Origin: an uncultured virus (IMG/VR IMGVR_UViG_3300030012_002808)
Lineage: Duplodnaviria; Heunggongvirae; Uroviricota; Caudoviricetes
Direction: 5' to 3' (one strand)
Length of the DNA: 55,881 nucleotides
Virus record (IMG/VR): IMGVR_UViG_3300030012_002808
The position numbers and the translations under genes are program-made. Below, piece by piece: positions 8,815 through 19,376 of the stretch (position 1 is the first letter of the stretch; each line of letters opens with the position of its first letter). The notes beneath the pieces were generated by a model, which was not told the DNA's origin, ran no database searches, and was given only the letters and a program-made list of their open reading frames with translations.

Positions 8815-11800
8815 ATTTCCTCTATTGTATAACCTTGTTTTCTTAATTCTTCTACCATATCTTCTGTAACCTCATCTCCTAATTCTAATGCGCCACCTCT
8901 TTGTAATTTAGGTTTATCATTATCATCCATCAAACCAGGTAATGCAAATGGTATTGCTAAACCAGGTAAATATCTAAGAGCTTGATATTTTTTTTCTCTT
9001 GGTACTCCTTTTTTAAAGAATGAATTTAAAGGAGTTGATGTACCTGGCATTTCAAGCATGCTATCTAAAGTTGAATTTGATGGGTTACGCAATTCACCAA
9101 GAGCCCACTCACTTATTTTCTTATCTCTTTCAGGTATACTTAAAGTTCTACCTGTATTAGGATCTACTTTAAAAGCTTCTTTTACAGATGGATTATTTAC
9201 CCACTCATCATATATTCGTTTTCTAACAACCATTAACTCTGAATGTAATTCATTAGGAGATCCAACCCAATCTTTATCAGGCATTATTTCTTTAAAGAAC
9301 CTACCTATATTAGTATCTTCATTTGGATAAAAGTATCCTTTACTAGAATCAAATTTTGCTAACACATCACCAAACCCTCTACTTTCCATACCTAATCTTT
9401 GAGCAGTATGAGCAGCTTCATGTAAAGCTATATCAGTTATTTCACTACTTGGATATCTATATAAACCTATACCTGGATTTGTAACTGATAAATTTAAGCT
9501 TGATTGATTAACACCAGCTGAATCATTTTCTAAATAGTTTTTAAGTAAAAACCTTTTTTCTGGATCAGTAAATTTACTTGATAAAATATTTGTAATACCT
9601 TCTGGACGTAATATATTACGTGTTTTAACCAAAGGATTTTGTAAATTTAAACCATACTTGTTGTTGCTATATACAAGGGTATTATCTAAAGTAAGTCCAT
9701 CACCTAAACCTAAACGACCCAATCCTTTAAATTGATTCCCGTCACCATCTACCTCACCTCTAAATTCTTGAGCAAAATATTTATCTTGTCTATTCTGAGG
9801 TCCAGAGAACTCATATATATCTAATATTTTATCTGATATATCTTTTCTTAATATTTTACCAAATTTAGGATCTACTTCATAAAGCCATTTATCATTAAAA
9901 TCAACACCTTCTTGTACTGCTAAAGATGCTTCTAAATCTGCAGCTTTTTTTTGGGAAGGTGTTAAAGGTAAAACCTCACCAAAACTTCTTCCTTCTTGTG
10001 TAATATCTTTAATAGCACGTTTAAGACCTTTCTTGGTGTTATTTATCTTATTACTAATAATCCTGCTTGTTAACTTTTGTATACTAGGCTGCACCTCTTG
10101 TACAAGCTTTGCATTTTTTGAGATTTTGTTAATAGCCTTAGATAAAGACGTACCTTTTTGAGCTTTAGGCAACCCTCCATCTTTTAGTTTTTTCCTTTTA
10201 TTTCTTTCATCTTCAAATGCAAAAGGTAACCCTAAAGTTAAAGGCAGTAAAGATTTATATATATTAGAATTAGACATATCAAACATTCCATCATTTCCTA
10301 TTGCTGATTTAACTCTATTACCAGGTCTATTATTTATCATAGTTACATTACCATATATTTCCTGTGGTTGCCAACCTGAATCCAAAATATTATTTAACTT
10401 AACATTATCAACATCATTTTTTATCATATAGTCCATGATGTCATCGGTCTTTATTATACCTGCTCCTTCATCCACTTCTCTCCTTCTAAAGAACCCGTCT
10501 AATTTTACCGTTTTTGGAAACTGAGAAATTAAACCTTTTGCAACCTCATTAAGTTCTTTAGGTACGGAGATAGGTTGATTTGGAGTAGGATCACCATCAA
10601 GTTTTAATGAGTTCCAATCTGATTTATTTGTATCAAAATCTGCAGAGTTTGATGATATTGGATAGTAAAGTTCATGTAAATCACCTGTCCTTCCAGTCCA
10701 CATATGTTTAGTATATCGTTCTGCTATCTCTCTATCTGTAGATGTAAAAAGTGGTTGATGAAGATCTTCAAGATTTTTAAATGTAGAACCTCTATATGTA
10801 TAACCAGCCCCTTGAGGAAATGCTTTTTTAAAGTTCTTACTCTGCTGTTGTACAAATTGCTCAGGAGTACCTTTAAATAGACTACCATCTGCATTTTTCA
10901 TCCAAGTATCATTTTGTTTTGTATTATATTCAATAGCACGATACTCTTCAATTAATGGTTTATTATTAGGTATGTTCTTGTTCCACTTACCCCAATCTAT
11001 TTGTGATTTAAAATTTTTAACAGGTAGTTTTTTTGCAGCTTTAGCTAATGCAGCACCAAGTTGAGCTTTAGGTAAATCTTCTACTATGTAACCACCGTCT
11101 ACATACTTTTGTATTTCTTCATCATCTAATTCAAGTTCTACACCTTCATCTGATAACTGATCTTTCCAAGAACCTTCACCAAATGCTAATGCAGCTTCCT
11201 TGTCTTTTCCAAAGTTATATACCTCACCTCTTCTTTCAGCCTCATCTAAAATTTTATACCAATTTTCTTCTTGAGACATGTCAACCCACGCACCATCATC
11301 ATCTTGAAATAAAGAAGGAAAAGCTACCCAAGAACCATCTTCAAGTTGTTCAGCTCTCATTAAATGAGTTGATTCAGAACCATCAGGGTTTTTTCTAACT
11401 CCTTTTCTTTGTTTTACTTCTATTGGACCACCCCTTTGTCTAATTAAATCTAAGTTAGGTTCTGCTGCTTTCCACCATTTTTCTCCAAATGGTATACTAA
11501 AAGGTAAGTCAGTAAAATGCTCTCTTGCACCCAGAGTCCTATTAACACCATCAAAATTTAAAACCTTTCTTGCACCACGTTCATTATCAGGATTAAACAC
11601 AGAACCTAATTTATCCATTCCACCTGTTAGCCAATTATTATCTGGTAAATAAGGTTGAAGTTTATTTGGATCTATAAATTGAGCACCAAATCCATGTTGA
11701 AGCAAATTACTTATATTCTCTTGAGTAGTTTTATTTTGATGTAAACCAACCTGTAAAGGGTTTGTATAATCAAAAAGTTTAAAAGGAACATCTGAAACAC

Positions 11801-12944
11801 TAGTAATTACATCAGGGTTAAGTATAACTAGCTCGTTACCACCTATATCTATTATACCATCTATTCCATATTTAGATCTTAATGTTGCTGCCTTTTGTGG
11901 AGTCATCCCCATATGCCCACCAATATGCGGACCTGTTGAACGTTCAATAAAATGTACACCAACATCTCTAAGTGCATTAAGAACATACGGATTATTACCA
12001 CCAACCAACCTAGCATTAGGAGAAACTCCTATTTCTTTTATTCTTCCAAGATCAGCTGGTCTACTAGAAGGATCCCTCAGAAGTTTACTTATAGCAAATT
12101 CTGTAGGAAGATCATATTTTAGTGAAGCTTGAGCACCTTGATTTTTATTAAGACCTCCAAAAAAACCATACTCTGTCAATGAATTACCAGGTTTAGTACC
12201 AGTTGATGTCCAATCTTTAAATCCTTTAGGGTCTATTTTTGAACGATCAAATTCAAGATCTTCTAAAGTAAAACCTGGACTTGTTGAACCAACACCGTGA
12301 TAAAAACTTCCAAGTGGTTCTGTTAAAAAACCATCATCATCAAATACTAAAGAATCACCCCTTTTTGTTTCAATAACATATGGATTTTCTAAATATTTTT
12401 CAATATTTGTTTTAAAAACATCTGATGATTGCAGAATCATATCTTGCATGAGAGCTAGTTTTTCCTCTTCTGACTTTCCTAGTATATTAAAACGCCTATC
12501 TCTAGTACCACGACTTACATCATCTGCAGTAATTTCTATTCTATTATCAGTTGTAAGATCAACACCTCTCAATGGAACTTCATATTGACCAGGGTCAAGT
12601 TGGTTCTTTAGTAGTCTACCTTGACTTTCTTTAATTGCAGATACTATACTAGGTAGCCTTAGTCCATACTTTTTGTAATCTGCAGCGGCCCTTGCTAAAA
12701 CATCAAGTTCTGCTTTAGATAATATCTTTCCACGTCTCAATGCATTTATTCCTTTAAAAGCACCACCACCTTGGAAATATTGAGCGTTAGGATTATAAAT
12801 TCTTCTAGGGCTTGGTTTACTAAAAAGAGGATTAGGTGCAAATACAGAATTAGTAGCAGATAAACTTTTGCTATATCTTTTAGTTCTGTATTGATCTCTT
12901 AGATCTCTATCTATTGCACTTAGTACTCTTTTATTATAACTCAT
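8811..12944 (-). CDS. 1377-aa polyvalent-type cargo protein: two ADP-ribosyltransferase-like modules and a HExxH zincin module
   Basis: FYHG...YGFF...IDGII...ELVILNP; WMKNADG...YRGS...LFTS...IAERY...RVKSAIGNDGMFD; ALHEAAH at 9408-9422. Modules bounded by FQGGG, RQRGG, PKAQLG, KDGG/PKAQKG, LQRGG. Confidence 0.7.
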   Translation of the reverse strand: MSYNKRVLSAIDRDLRDQYRTKRYSKSLSATNSVFAPNPLFSKPSPRRIYNPNAQYFQGGGAFKGINALRRGKILSKAELDVLARAAADYKKYGLRLPSIVSAIKESQGRLLKNQLDPGQYEVPLRGVDLTTDNRIEITADDVSRGTRDRRFNILGKSEEEKLALMQDMILQSSDVFKTNIEKYLENPYVIETKRGDSLVFDDDGFLTEPLGSFYHGVGSTSPGFTLEDLEFDRSKIDPKGFKDWTSTGTKPGNSLTEYGFFGGLNKNQGAQASLKYDLPTEFAISKLLRDPSSRPADLGRIKEIGVSPNARLVGGNNPYVLNALRDVGVHFIERSTGPHIGGHMGMTPQKAATLRSKYGIDGIIDIGGNELVILNPDVITSVSDVPFKLFDYTNPLQVGLHQNKTTQENISNLLQHGFGAQFIDPNKLQPYLPDNNWLTGGMDKLGSVFNPDNERGARKVLNFDGVNRTLGAREHFTDLPFSIPFGEKWWKAAEPNLDLIRQRGGPIEVKQRKGVRKNPDGSESTHLMRAEQLEDGSWVAFPSLFQDDDGAWVDMSQEENWYKILDEAERRGEVYNFGKDKEAALAFGEGSWKDQLSDEGVELELDDEEIQKYVDGGYIVEDLPKAQLGAALAKAAKKLPVKNFKSQIDWGKWNKNIPNNKPLIEEYRAIEYNTKQNDTWMKNADGSLFKGTPEQFVQQQSKNFKKAFPQGAGYTYRGSTFKNLEDLHQPLFTSTDREIAERYTKHMWTGRTGDLHELYYPISSNSADFDTNKSDWNSLKLDGDPTPNQPISVPKELNEVAKGLISQFPKTVKLDGFFRRREVDEGAGIIKTDDIMDYMIKNDVDNVKLNNILDSGWQPQEIYGNVTMINNRPGNRVKSAIGNDGMFDMSNSNIYKSLLPLTLGLPFAFEDERNKRKKLKDGGLPKAQKGTSLSKAINKISKNAKLVQEVQPSIQKLTSRIISNKINNTKKGLKRAIKDITQEGRSFGEVLPLTPSQKKAADLEASLAVQEGVDFNDKWLYEVDPKFGKILRKDISDKILDIYEFSGPQNRQDKYFAQEFRGEVDGDGNQFKGLGRLGLGDGLTLDNTLVYSNNKYGLNLQNPLVKTRNILRPEGITNILSSKFTDPEKRFLLKNYLENDSAGVNQSSLNLSVTNPGIGLYRYPSSEITDIALHEAAHTAQRLGMESRGFGDVLAKFDSSKGYFYPNEDTNIGRFFKEIMPDKDWVGSPNELHSELMVVRKRIYDEWVNNPSVKEAFKVDPNTGRTLSIPERDKKISEWALGELRNPSNSTLDSMLEMPGTSTPLNSFFKKGVPREKKYQALRYLPGLAIPFALPGLMDDNDKPKLQRGGALELGDEVTEDMVEELRKQGYTIEEI

Positions 12945-15900
12945 TACCTTTGTGATAATTGATTCTTACTATTAACTATTTTCATTATCATATTAATATC
13001 ATTACACTCTTTTCTTGTCAATGTTATAAAGTTAGTATAATGTCTGAATTTTTTTCTTTGAAGTTCAGATTTATTATAATCTAAGTTAGATTGATTAAGA
13101 ACTCTAGTGTAACCATTTTGAGATGTCACCCAAGTATTTTCAGAAGCATAGTTACCTTGTAGTATTGTAGTACCAGGTATTACTGACCCTGTTGGTGGAT
13201 AACTAGAACCTATTGGAAACTCCGCCCTATCTTTAGTAATATCCCAGAATTGATTTATTCTATACTTCTGCTCTTCTTTAGTAAATAAAACATCATATGA
13301 AGATAAGTTATCAGCCAACTTAGGATACTTCATAGATTCTACAATATTATTTTTAGGATAAAGATTTAAATTTAAATACCCAGAAACTTGTTCTGAATTA
13401 TAAATAACTGCTTGATCAAAATTATAATCTAATACATGATGTTGATCAATACAATTACTCTCCTTTCTTCTATAACATTCTAATATATAAGTTAAAGATC
13501 TTAAGGTAACTACATTTTGTCCCGTAAGCGAAGGTATCTCAACTTCAAACCCATATTGTTTACCATAGTAATTACAAAAACTATTACACAAGTAGTTATG
13601 TCTCCATAAACCATCTTTCTTTGTAGAAATAAAATAATCTTTAGTACCAAAATTAAGATCTGGATGCCAATCATGATAGCTAACAAAGAAATTACTTTTT
13701 GGATCATAACTAACTGTCCAAGAAGCATCCTCAAAAATTCTTTCATCTCCTAGTCTATATTGAGTATTTTTGTTTTCATCTACAGAAAAATAATCACCTG
13801 TACCATCTGAATTTAAAGGTATATATTTAGTTCTTCCTTTATACTCATCTTTTAAATAGTAATCAGTTTTACAGAAGTATAACATTGTACTTGTATTACC
13901 ATAGATTGCTTGACATCCTATACCAGCTACTGGGTTATCTATATAAGGGTATTCTGGAAAATCTTCAGTTAGCTTATATGGCATAAATAACGTAAACCAC
14001 CACTTTAATCCTGAGTTAGAAATTTCAGTTAAACCTTGACCATAAGAAAATATTTTCCCCTGATCTTGACTCATATAAAATATACCCACTGGAGTAGATA
14101 TTACAGATAACCTACTTTGACATGAACCGTACTCATATGGTAAATCCGCTGATGAAACATTTTGTTGTGGCTGACTAAACAAACCACCATCACCTATAGT
14201 AATCTTTGTACCTAAATCAGTTTGTAGTGTATCAACACCTTGATACATTATTGGAGATTCATTTTTAAACGTAATAAAAATACCACTATCGTTTATTGAC
14301 TTGACACTATTTATTTGACTTTTAAAAGACTTATAGTTATTAATTAAATAAATAAACCAACTATCTTTTACAGATTCATCTTGAACAGGTAAAGAATAAA
14401 TTAACCTATCAGGAAAATATGTAAAACATAAGTTTGCAACAGAAGGATCATACGTTCTAGCTTGTAAAAATCCTTGTGAGAAATATTGATTATATAATTT
14501 AGATATACTCAAGGAATAGTCATATCTATAATCTGTACTTTGACCGATAACATTGGGGTTAATATTAAACATAGCCCTATAGTCTGTATACCTATACGGA
14601 TTATAATGTTTTCTACCAACCTCATCTGCTTGTGATCTAAAGTCTGTAAGAACATCTGTTTCAACAAAGAAATCTCTTATGCCTGAGTTAGCTAAATAAA
14701 AGTAAGCTTGTTTAATTGAAAATACGCCCTTTTCCTTATCTTGAAAAATACCTAGAATACCTGAAGGTTTTCTTTTATCATCTGTATAACTATAAAATCT
14801 ATTACTATTAACTCTATAGTCTAAATTAAAAAAAGCATTAGGTAATGCACCCTCACCTACAACATCATCAGCAAATATATTGAATGATTCTTTTAAATCA
14901 CCAACATCATATTTCTTACTATTAATTGCAAACCTAGCGTCTGGAATTTGATCTCTTAAGAAATAATTAAACTCAAAATCATCTGGTTGATTATATAACC
15001 AATCATAGAAAAATAACATATTATTTTTTTCTGTATATCTAGTTACATAAGTATCACCTCCAAAAAATAAATTAGTACTTGTAATTCGTTTATAATAATA
15101 TACTATGTTATCAATTGGACAAAAATATTGTAAATCTAAAGGCGGTGTTTCTGATAGCCTTTGTTCACAAGGTGTAATAATAACCTGTTTAACAGAATCT
15201 AATTGACCATATTGATTTCTAATTCTAGACCTTAGAGCTCCATATTGACTAGCAATGGGTAAACCAAAAGCATTTCTAGGATTTTCAAAAGTTGGTAATT
15301 TTCCATCACTTGGTATTAGAGGACTATTACTATTTTGTACTAGTGTGCCCAAAGTGACTAATGATGAATCTTTTTCTCCTAACAACTTTGGTCCAATATT
15401 AACACCTTCAGAAAATGCTGGATTAAAAAATGGCCCTGATTTAGTTCTAAGAGTAACTGTCTCAGGTCTTTTTAAATTATTAATAGTATAGTTTTGATAC
15501 AACCCTAATTGATTTTGATAAGTAGGAACCTCTTGAAAATTATTTTTTATGTAAAAACCATCATCTAATTTAAATCTATATAAGTCAGTAAACTCAGGAG
15601 GGTTCATATTAGAATAAAAACCATGACTTATCTGTTGTAAAGCAAACTGTCTTTTGGGTGTAAAAGCATATATTAATTCTAAAGTAGCACTTGCACCTTC
15701 TGAAAAATAATATGCTATATGATTTATAGCACCAAGAGTTTTAGCTAACGGTCCTAAGTATGTCCAAGCAGGTAGCTCTACATTAACTGTAGTGTAAGGC
15801 ACTGTTGTTGCACCAGTTAATGCAAGGGGAGCCATCGCAGCATAAAATGAGGCATCAATAGCTGCCATACCTGGAGCTTCATATGGCGGAAATAAACTTA

Positions 15901-18346
15901 CTAGAGAATCAGCTGCACCTGCGGCACTTGAATGATATGCTTGCAAAAGAATATTTCTAGCTGTTACAGCGGCAATAACACCAGCTTGACCACCTATGTA
16001 TGTAGCAGATGATACACCAAGAGCATCTCCTGGTAAAGAGCCTGATGTAAATTCTTGTTTTCTTTCTGTTTTTTTACCCATTAAAGATAAAGTAACTGCA
16101 GCAAGACCAGCAACTATTATTGGTATCAAGGCAGCATTAGTAATCATTCTAAATTCAGGATGATCACTTGGTTCTATAAACTGTTGTGTACTAATACCAG
16201 ATATGTGACCGTATAGTTTAAACTCAGTTGTATTTAATTGAGGATTTCTAAAAGTAGTTTCTGGTGAATGAAATGTAAATATATCAGTAGGTATTTGTTG
16301 ATTAATTACATCATCTTCATCATTAGTATTTTTAATATATGGATCATTAAATCTAAAATTATGATCTGAAATATTATTAGAATGTCCTAAAGGAAGTATT
16401 GAATTAAAAGGATAATTAGGATATAAACCAGTCTGGCCCTTTTTAACACTACCCTTAAACTTAAAAGTTCTAAAGTTATTTACCATACCTTTAGCAAGTA
16501 TAGATTTGTTACCTTCTCTAGAACCTCTCAATATTTCATACCCAACTATACCAGGTATATCATTACCATTTTGATCTTTAGGTAAAATAATATTTTCAAA
16601 ATATACCCCTAACAATCTTATTTTAAAATCATTACCATTATTTAATGGATCAGGATTTGGTTTAAAATGAGAAACAACATCAGAACTACTATTTAATATA
16701 AAGTCTTCAGGAAATTTATGATGTCTAATGTATTTACCACAAAGGTCAAAACTACCATTTTGAGCTGGCCCAGTAGTCCAACAATATTCACTAGGGTTCC
16801 ATATATCAGGTCTATTTTTAGAATACTTTTCAGTAGACTCCCAATAGCCCATATCTCCTACTGCAATCACTGTACCTCCATCTTCTGTTGTTGAACCAAC
16901 TAAAGGTCCTGTAGTAATAGACGCAGTGTTTTTTACCTCAAATGCTTTATCATCATCAGTTAATGAATTTTGATCAGATATGATTTCATCTTCTAAAACT
17001 GTTTGTGTTACCCCATTAGAATCAACATATTGAATTTCTCTAGGAGCTCTTCCTGGAATATGATACGAAGAAGATTTATCTCCTGTATCATAGACCCACC
17101 TTATATAAAAAGTATAAACCTCGTCTCTTAAGTAATTACCTTTATTACCACCTTTATCATAATAATTACCTGGATATTCTACTGAAGCCCACTTAGCTTT
17201 AATCATATTAGCTAAAGGTTGGTAATTAAAATCAAATCTTGATCTAGGACCTACTCTAAGTAAATAACCATTTGCATCTGTCATTTGATCTGTTGTCTCA
17301 AATACAGGAGTTACAACTGGCAGCTGTTCAAGCGGAATTGATACTAAACTAGCATTAATTTGATCTACACTAATTCTTTCTACAGTGGTAGAATAAAAAC
17401 CTAGTTGTACAGCTACAGTACCTTGATTAACATTTTGTACTAACACACATACAAACTCATCAAAGTTTTCCGTATCGGCCTTTACATTTATTTGTAAGGA
17501 TCCTGATAAGTCATTTACATTATAAACAAATTGATTATTACTTTGAGAAAAATAATCTGTTACTTTTTGACCTTTTATAGTATATGCTATTAAAGCAAAG
17601 TAAGTACCATTAGCTATTGTACCACCAGTATCACCTAGCTCAATAGATAAACATGGTGTCTCCATAAGCCTAGCTAATCTTGCTTTATCACAATCTAAAA
17701 CATTAGTATTTTTACATATTTCACAATCATTAACTTCTTCACATTCCTCAACCCATTGAACTCCAGGCCATAAAAACTCTACATCTGTGCCATTACTATA
17801 ATAATTATTACCTATATAATTATAAGAAGAATCAGGCCAAGAAGCATCATCACCAATATTTAAAAATCTGTCTGGATTATTACCATCTGCCCAATATACT
17901 TGCCAGCTACAATCTTCTTTTTCTCTAGAAGAACCTGATATAAGATAGCGTTTATCAAACTTTAAACATGCATCCTGAACAATTACTCTATATGTACAGC
18001 TGTCTGTTTCAAATAAACCTATTTCAGAATCTATAGGTCTACCAGATATATCATGACCTGCCGTATAAATAACCCACTTATCGCTAAATAAATGTATACC
18101 TCCTATTATATGTTTTTCTGTAACTTCAACAGGCATTGTTCTACCTGTAACGCCACATAAATAATTAGAAGACTCATTTGAAATAGTTCCAAGATCTCCC
18201 TCTATAGTACTGCTAGTAGCATTTATGGCGTGGGTCCACATACCCTCCGTAACATACGAAGGTTCTGAATCTTTATTAAGACCTTTTACAAATGAATTTG
18301 TAACATCTTTAGATACATTTTGTAAACCAGAATTCTTCTTAGCCAT
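12944..18346 (-). CDS. Tail stabilisation/muzzle (nozzle)-like protein, 1800 aa
   Basis: N-terminal NSFVKGLNKD, beta-rich composition, C-terminal WTVSYDP...SYHDW. Lies between ring proteins and cargo genes, as in crAss-like phages. Confidence 0.65.
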   Translation of the reverse strand: MAKKNSGLQNVSKDVTNSFVKGLNKDSEPSYVTEGMWTHAINATSSTIEGDLGTISNESSNYLCGVTGRTMPVEVTEKHIIGGIHLFSDKWVIYTAGHDISGRPIDSEIGLFETDSCTYRVIVQDACLKFDKRYLISGSSREKEDCSWQVYWADGNNPDRFLNIGDDASWPDSSYNYIGNNYYSNGTDVEFLWPGVQWVEECEEVNDCEICKNTNVLDCDKARLARLMETPCLSIELGDTGGTIANGTYFALIAYTIKGQKVTDYFSQSNNQFVYNVNDLSGSLQINVKADTENFDEFVCVLVQNVNQGTVAVQLGFYSTTVERISVDQINASLVSIPLEQLPVVTPVFETTDQMTDANGYLLRVGPRSRFDFNYQPLANMIKAKWASVEYPGNYYDKGGNKGNYLRDEVYTFYIRWVYDTGDKSSSYHIPGRAPREIQYVDSNGVTQTVLEDEIISDQNSLTDDDKAFEVKNTASITTGPLVGSTTEDGGTVIAVGDMGYWESTEKYSKNRPDIWNPSEYCWTTGPAQNGSFDLCGKYIRHHKFPEDFILNSSSDVVSHFKPNPDPLNNGNDFKIRLLGVYFENIILPKDQNGNDIPGIVGYEILRGSREGNKSILAKGMVNNFRTFKFKGSVKKGQTGLYPNYPFNSILPLGHSNNISDHNFRFNDPYIKNTNDEDDVINQQIPTDIFTFHSPETTFRNPQLNTTEFKLYGHISGISTQQFIEPSDHPEFRMITNAALIPIIVAGLAAVTLSLMGKKTERKQEFTSGSLPGDALGVSSATYIGGQAGVIAAVTARNILLQAYHSSAAGAADSLVSLFPPYEAPGMAAIDASFYAAMAPLALTGATTVPYTTVNVELPAWTYLGPLAKTLGAINHIAYYFSEGASATLELIYAFTPKRQFALQQISHGFYSNMNPPEFTDLYRFKLDDGFYIKNNFQEVPTYQNQLGLYQNYTINNLKRPETVTLRTKSGPFFNPAFSEGVNIGPKLLGEKDSSLVTLGTLVQNSNSPLIPSDGKLPTFENPRNAFGLPIASQYGALRSRIRNQYGQLDSVKQVIITPCEQRLSETPPLDLQYFCPIDNIVYYYKRITSTNLFFGGDTYVTRYTEKNNMLFFYDWLYNQPDDFEFNYFLRDQIPDARFAINSKKYDVGDLKESFNIFADDVVGEGALPNAFFNLDYRVNSNRFYSYTDDKRKPSGILGIFQDKEKGVFSIKQAYFYLANSGIRDFFVETDVLTDFRSQADEVGRKHYNPYRYTDYRAMFNINPNVIGQSTDYRYDYSLSISKLYNQYFSQGFLQARTYDPSVANLCFTYFPDRLIYSLPVQDESVKDSWFIYLINNYKSFKSQINSVKSINDSGIFITFKNESPIMYQGVDTLQTDLGTKITIGDGGLFSQPQQNVSSADLPYEYGSCQSRLSVISTPVGIFYMSQDQGKIFSYGQGLTEISNSGLKWWFTLFMPYKLTEDFPEYPYIDNPVAGIGCQAIYGNTSTMLYFCKTDYYLKDEYKGRTKYIPLNSDGTGDYFSVDENKNTQYRLGDERIFEDASWTVSYDPKSNFFVSYHDWHPDLNFGTKDYFISTKKDGLWRHNYLCNSFCNYYGKQYGFEVEIPSLTGQNVVTLRSLTYILECYRRKESNCIDQHHVLDYNFDQAVIYNSEQVSGYLNLNLYPKNNIVESMKYPKLADNLSSYDVLFTKEEQKYRINQFWDITKDRAEFPIGSSYPPTGSVIPGTTILQGNYASENTWVTSQNGYTRVLNQSNLDYNKSELQRKKFRHYTNFITLTRKECNDINMIMKIVNSKNQLSQR

Positions 18347-18347
18347 A

Positions 18348-19376
18348 TCAAACTACATTTGTATTATTACGTCTTCTAAATGAGTTAGCTGGCGCATATG
18401 ATGAAAACATATCATAGTATCTAGCATACTGAGCTTTTCTATTAGCTTTCCATATTTGCTTTATCTCAGCAAAGTTTGGTGTATTAACAAAACTTAATGC
18501 TTGATTTCTTGCAGCTCTTAAATCACCCATAATCAATTGTAATCTTTGTGCAACATTTTCACCGTTTAAAGCTAAGTTTTCCAGTATTCTTTTCTTAAAT
18601 GCATATTCATAATATTCATTTAAAAGTTCATGATCAGGAACAAGTAAATTTCCGTCATCATCTACCAAATCTCCTTGATAATTTATGTATACAAAACCTT
18701 CATCAAAACTTGTATATAAAAAACCAAATTTAATATAAGCTTCATTAGGGGCATCATAATATACATTAGGTGAATCACAGTCTACATTTTGACTTACCTT
18801 CATACGCAAAGGTGTTAATGTAGTATACTTTCTAATATTACTTTGATTAATAACTTGAATTAGCTCATAAGACTCACCTTTACAGTTCATAAAAACTCTA
18901 GGTTTAGTTAATGCATCTCCATAAGGTTGATTAGGATCATGTGTTAAACATATACCCAAGTTTCCCTTATCATCACAACACGGAGTAGGTTCAGAAGTAT
19001 CACAAGGATCTGGTACTTGAGCTGGAAAATCATCATATGTTTCAGGAATTCTTCCATCAGTGATTTTTACTTCATGCATATTAGTACCACCAGCAAAGCC
19101 ATCATAACCTACAACGCTATGATAATCACCACAAACTAAACCATAGTTAAAAACCTTAAAGTCTTCAGGCAACCTTACCTTACCGTGACAAACTTCTAAA
19201 ATAGTTTCTCTTTGTTGATTAATTCTAAAACCTAATTCAAAATTTAGCTTTCGTGCTAATTTAATTAGTGTTTGAGGTTCAATCATATTCTCTAGAGCAA
19301 ATGTATTCATGTCTATTGATACATCTTCTAATAGTTGATCAAAAGTTCTATATTTAAGTGTATAATTAAAATCCAT
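18348..19376 (-). CDS. Putative tail ring/tubular (adaptor) protein
   Basis: LPEDF and GNLLVPD motifs; directly upstream of the stabilisation gene. Confidence 0.55.
   Translation of the reverse strand: MDFNYTLKYRTFDQLLEDVSIDMNTFALENMIEPQTLIKLARKLNFELGFRINQQRETILEVCHGKVRLPEDFKVFNYGLVCGDYHSVVGYDGFAGGTNMHEVKITDGRIPETYDDFPAQVPDPCDTSEPTPCCDDKGNLGICLTHDPNQPYGDALTKPRVFMNCKGESYELIQVINQSNIRKYTTLTPLRMKVSQNVDCDSPNVYYDAPNEAYIKFGFLYTSFDEGFVYINYQGDLVDDDGNLLVPDHELLNEYYEYAFKKRILENLALNGENVAQRLQLIMGDLRAARNQALSFVNTPNFAEIKQIWKANRKAQYARYYDMFSSYAPANSFRRRNNTNVV

Noticed and set aside
502..12944. Large cargo proteins as the virion RNA polymerase
   Set aside because: No DxDxD catalytic motif in a polymerase context; any such gene would lie outside the window.
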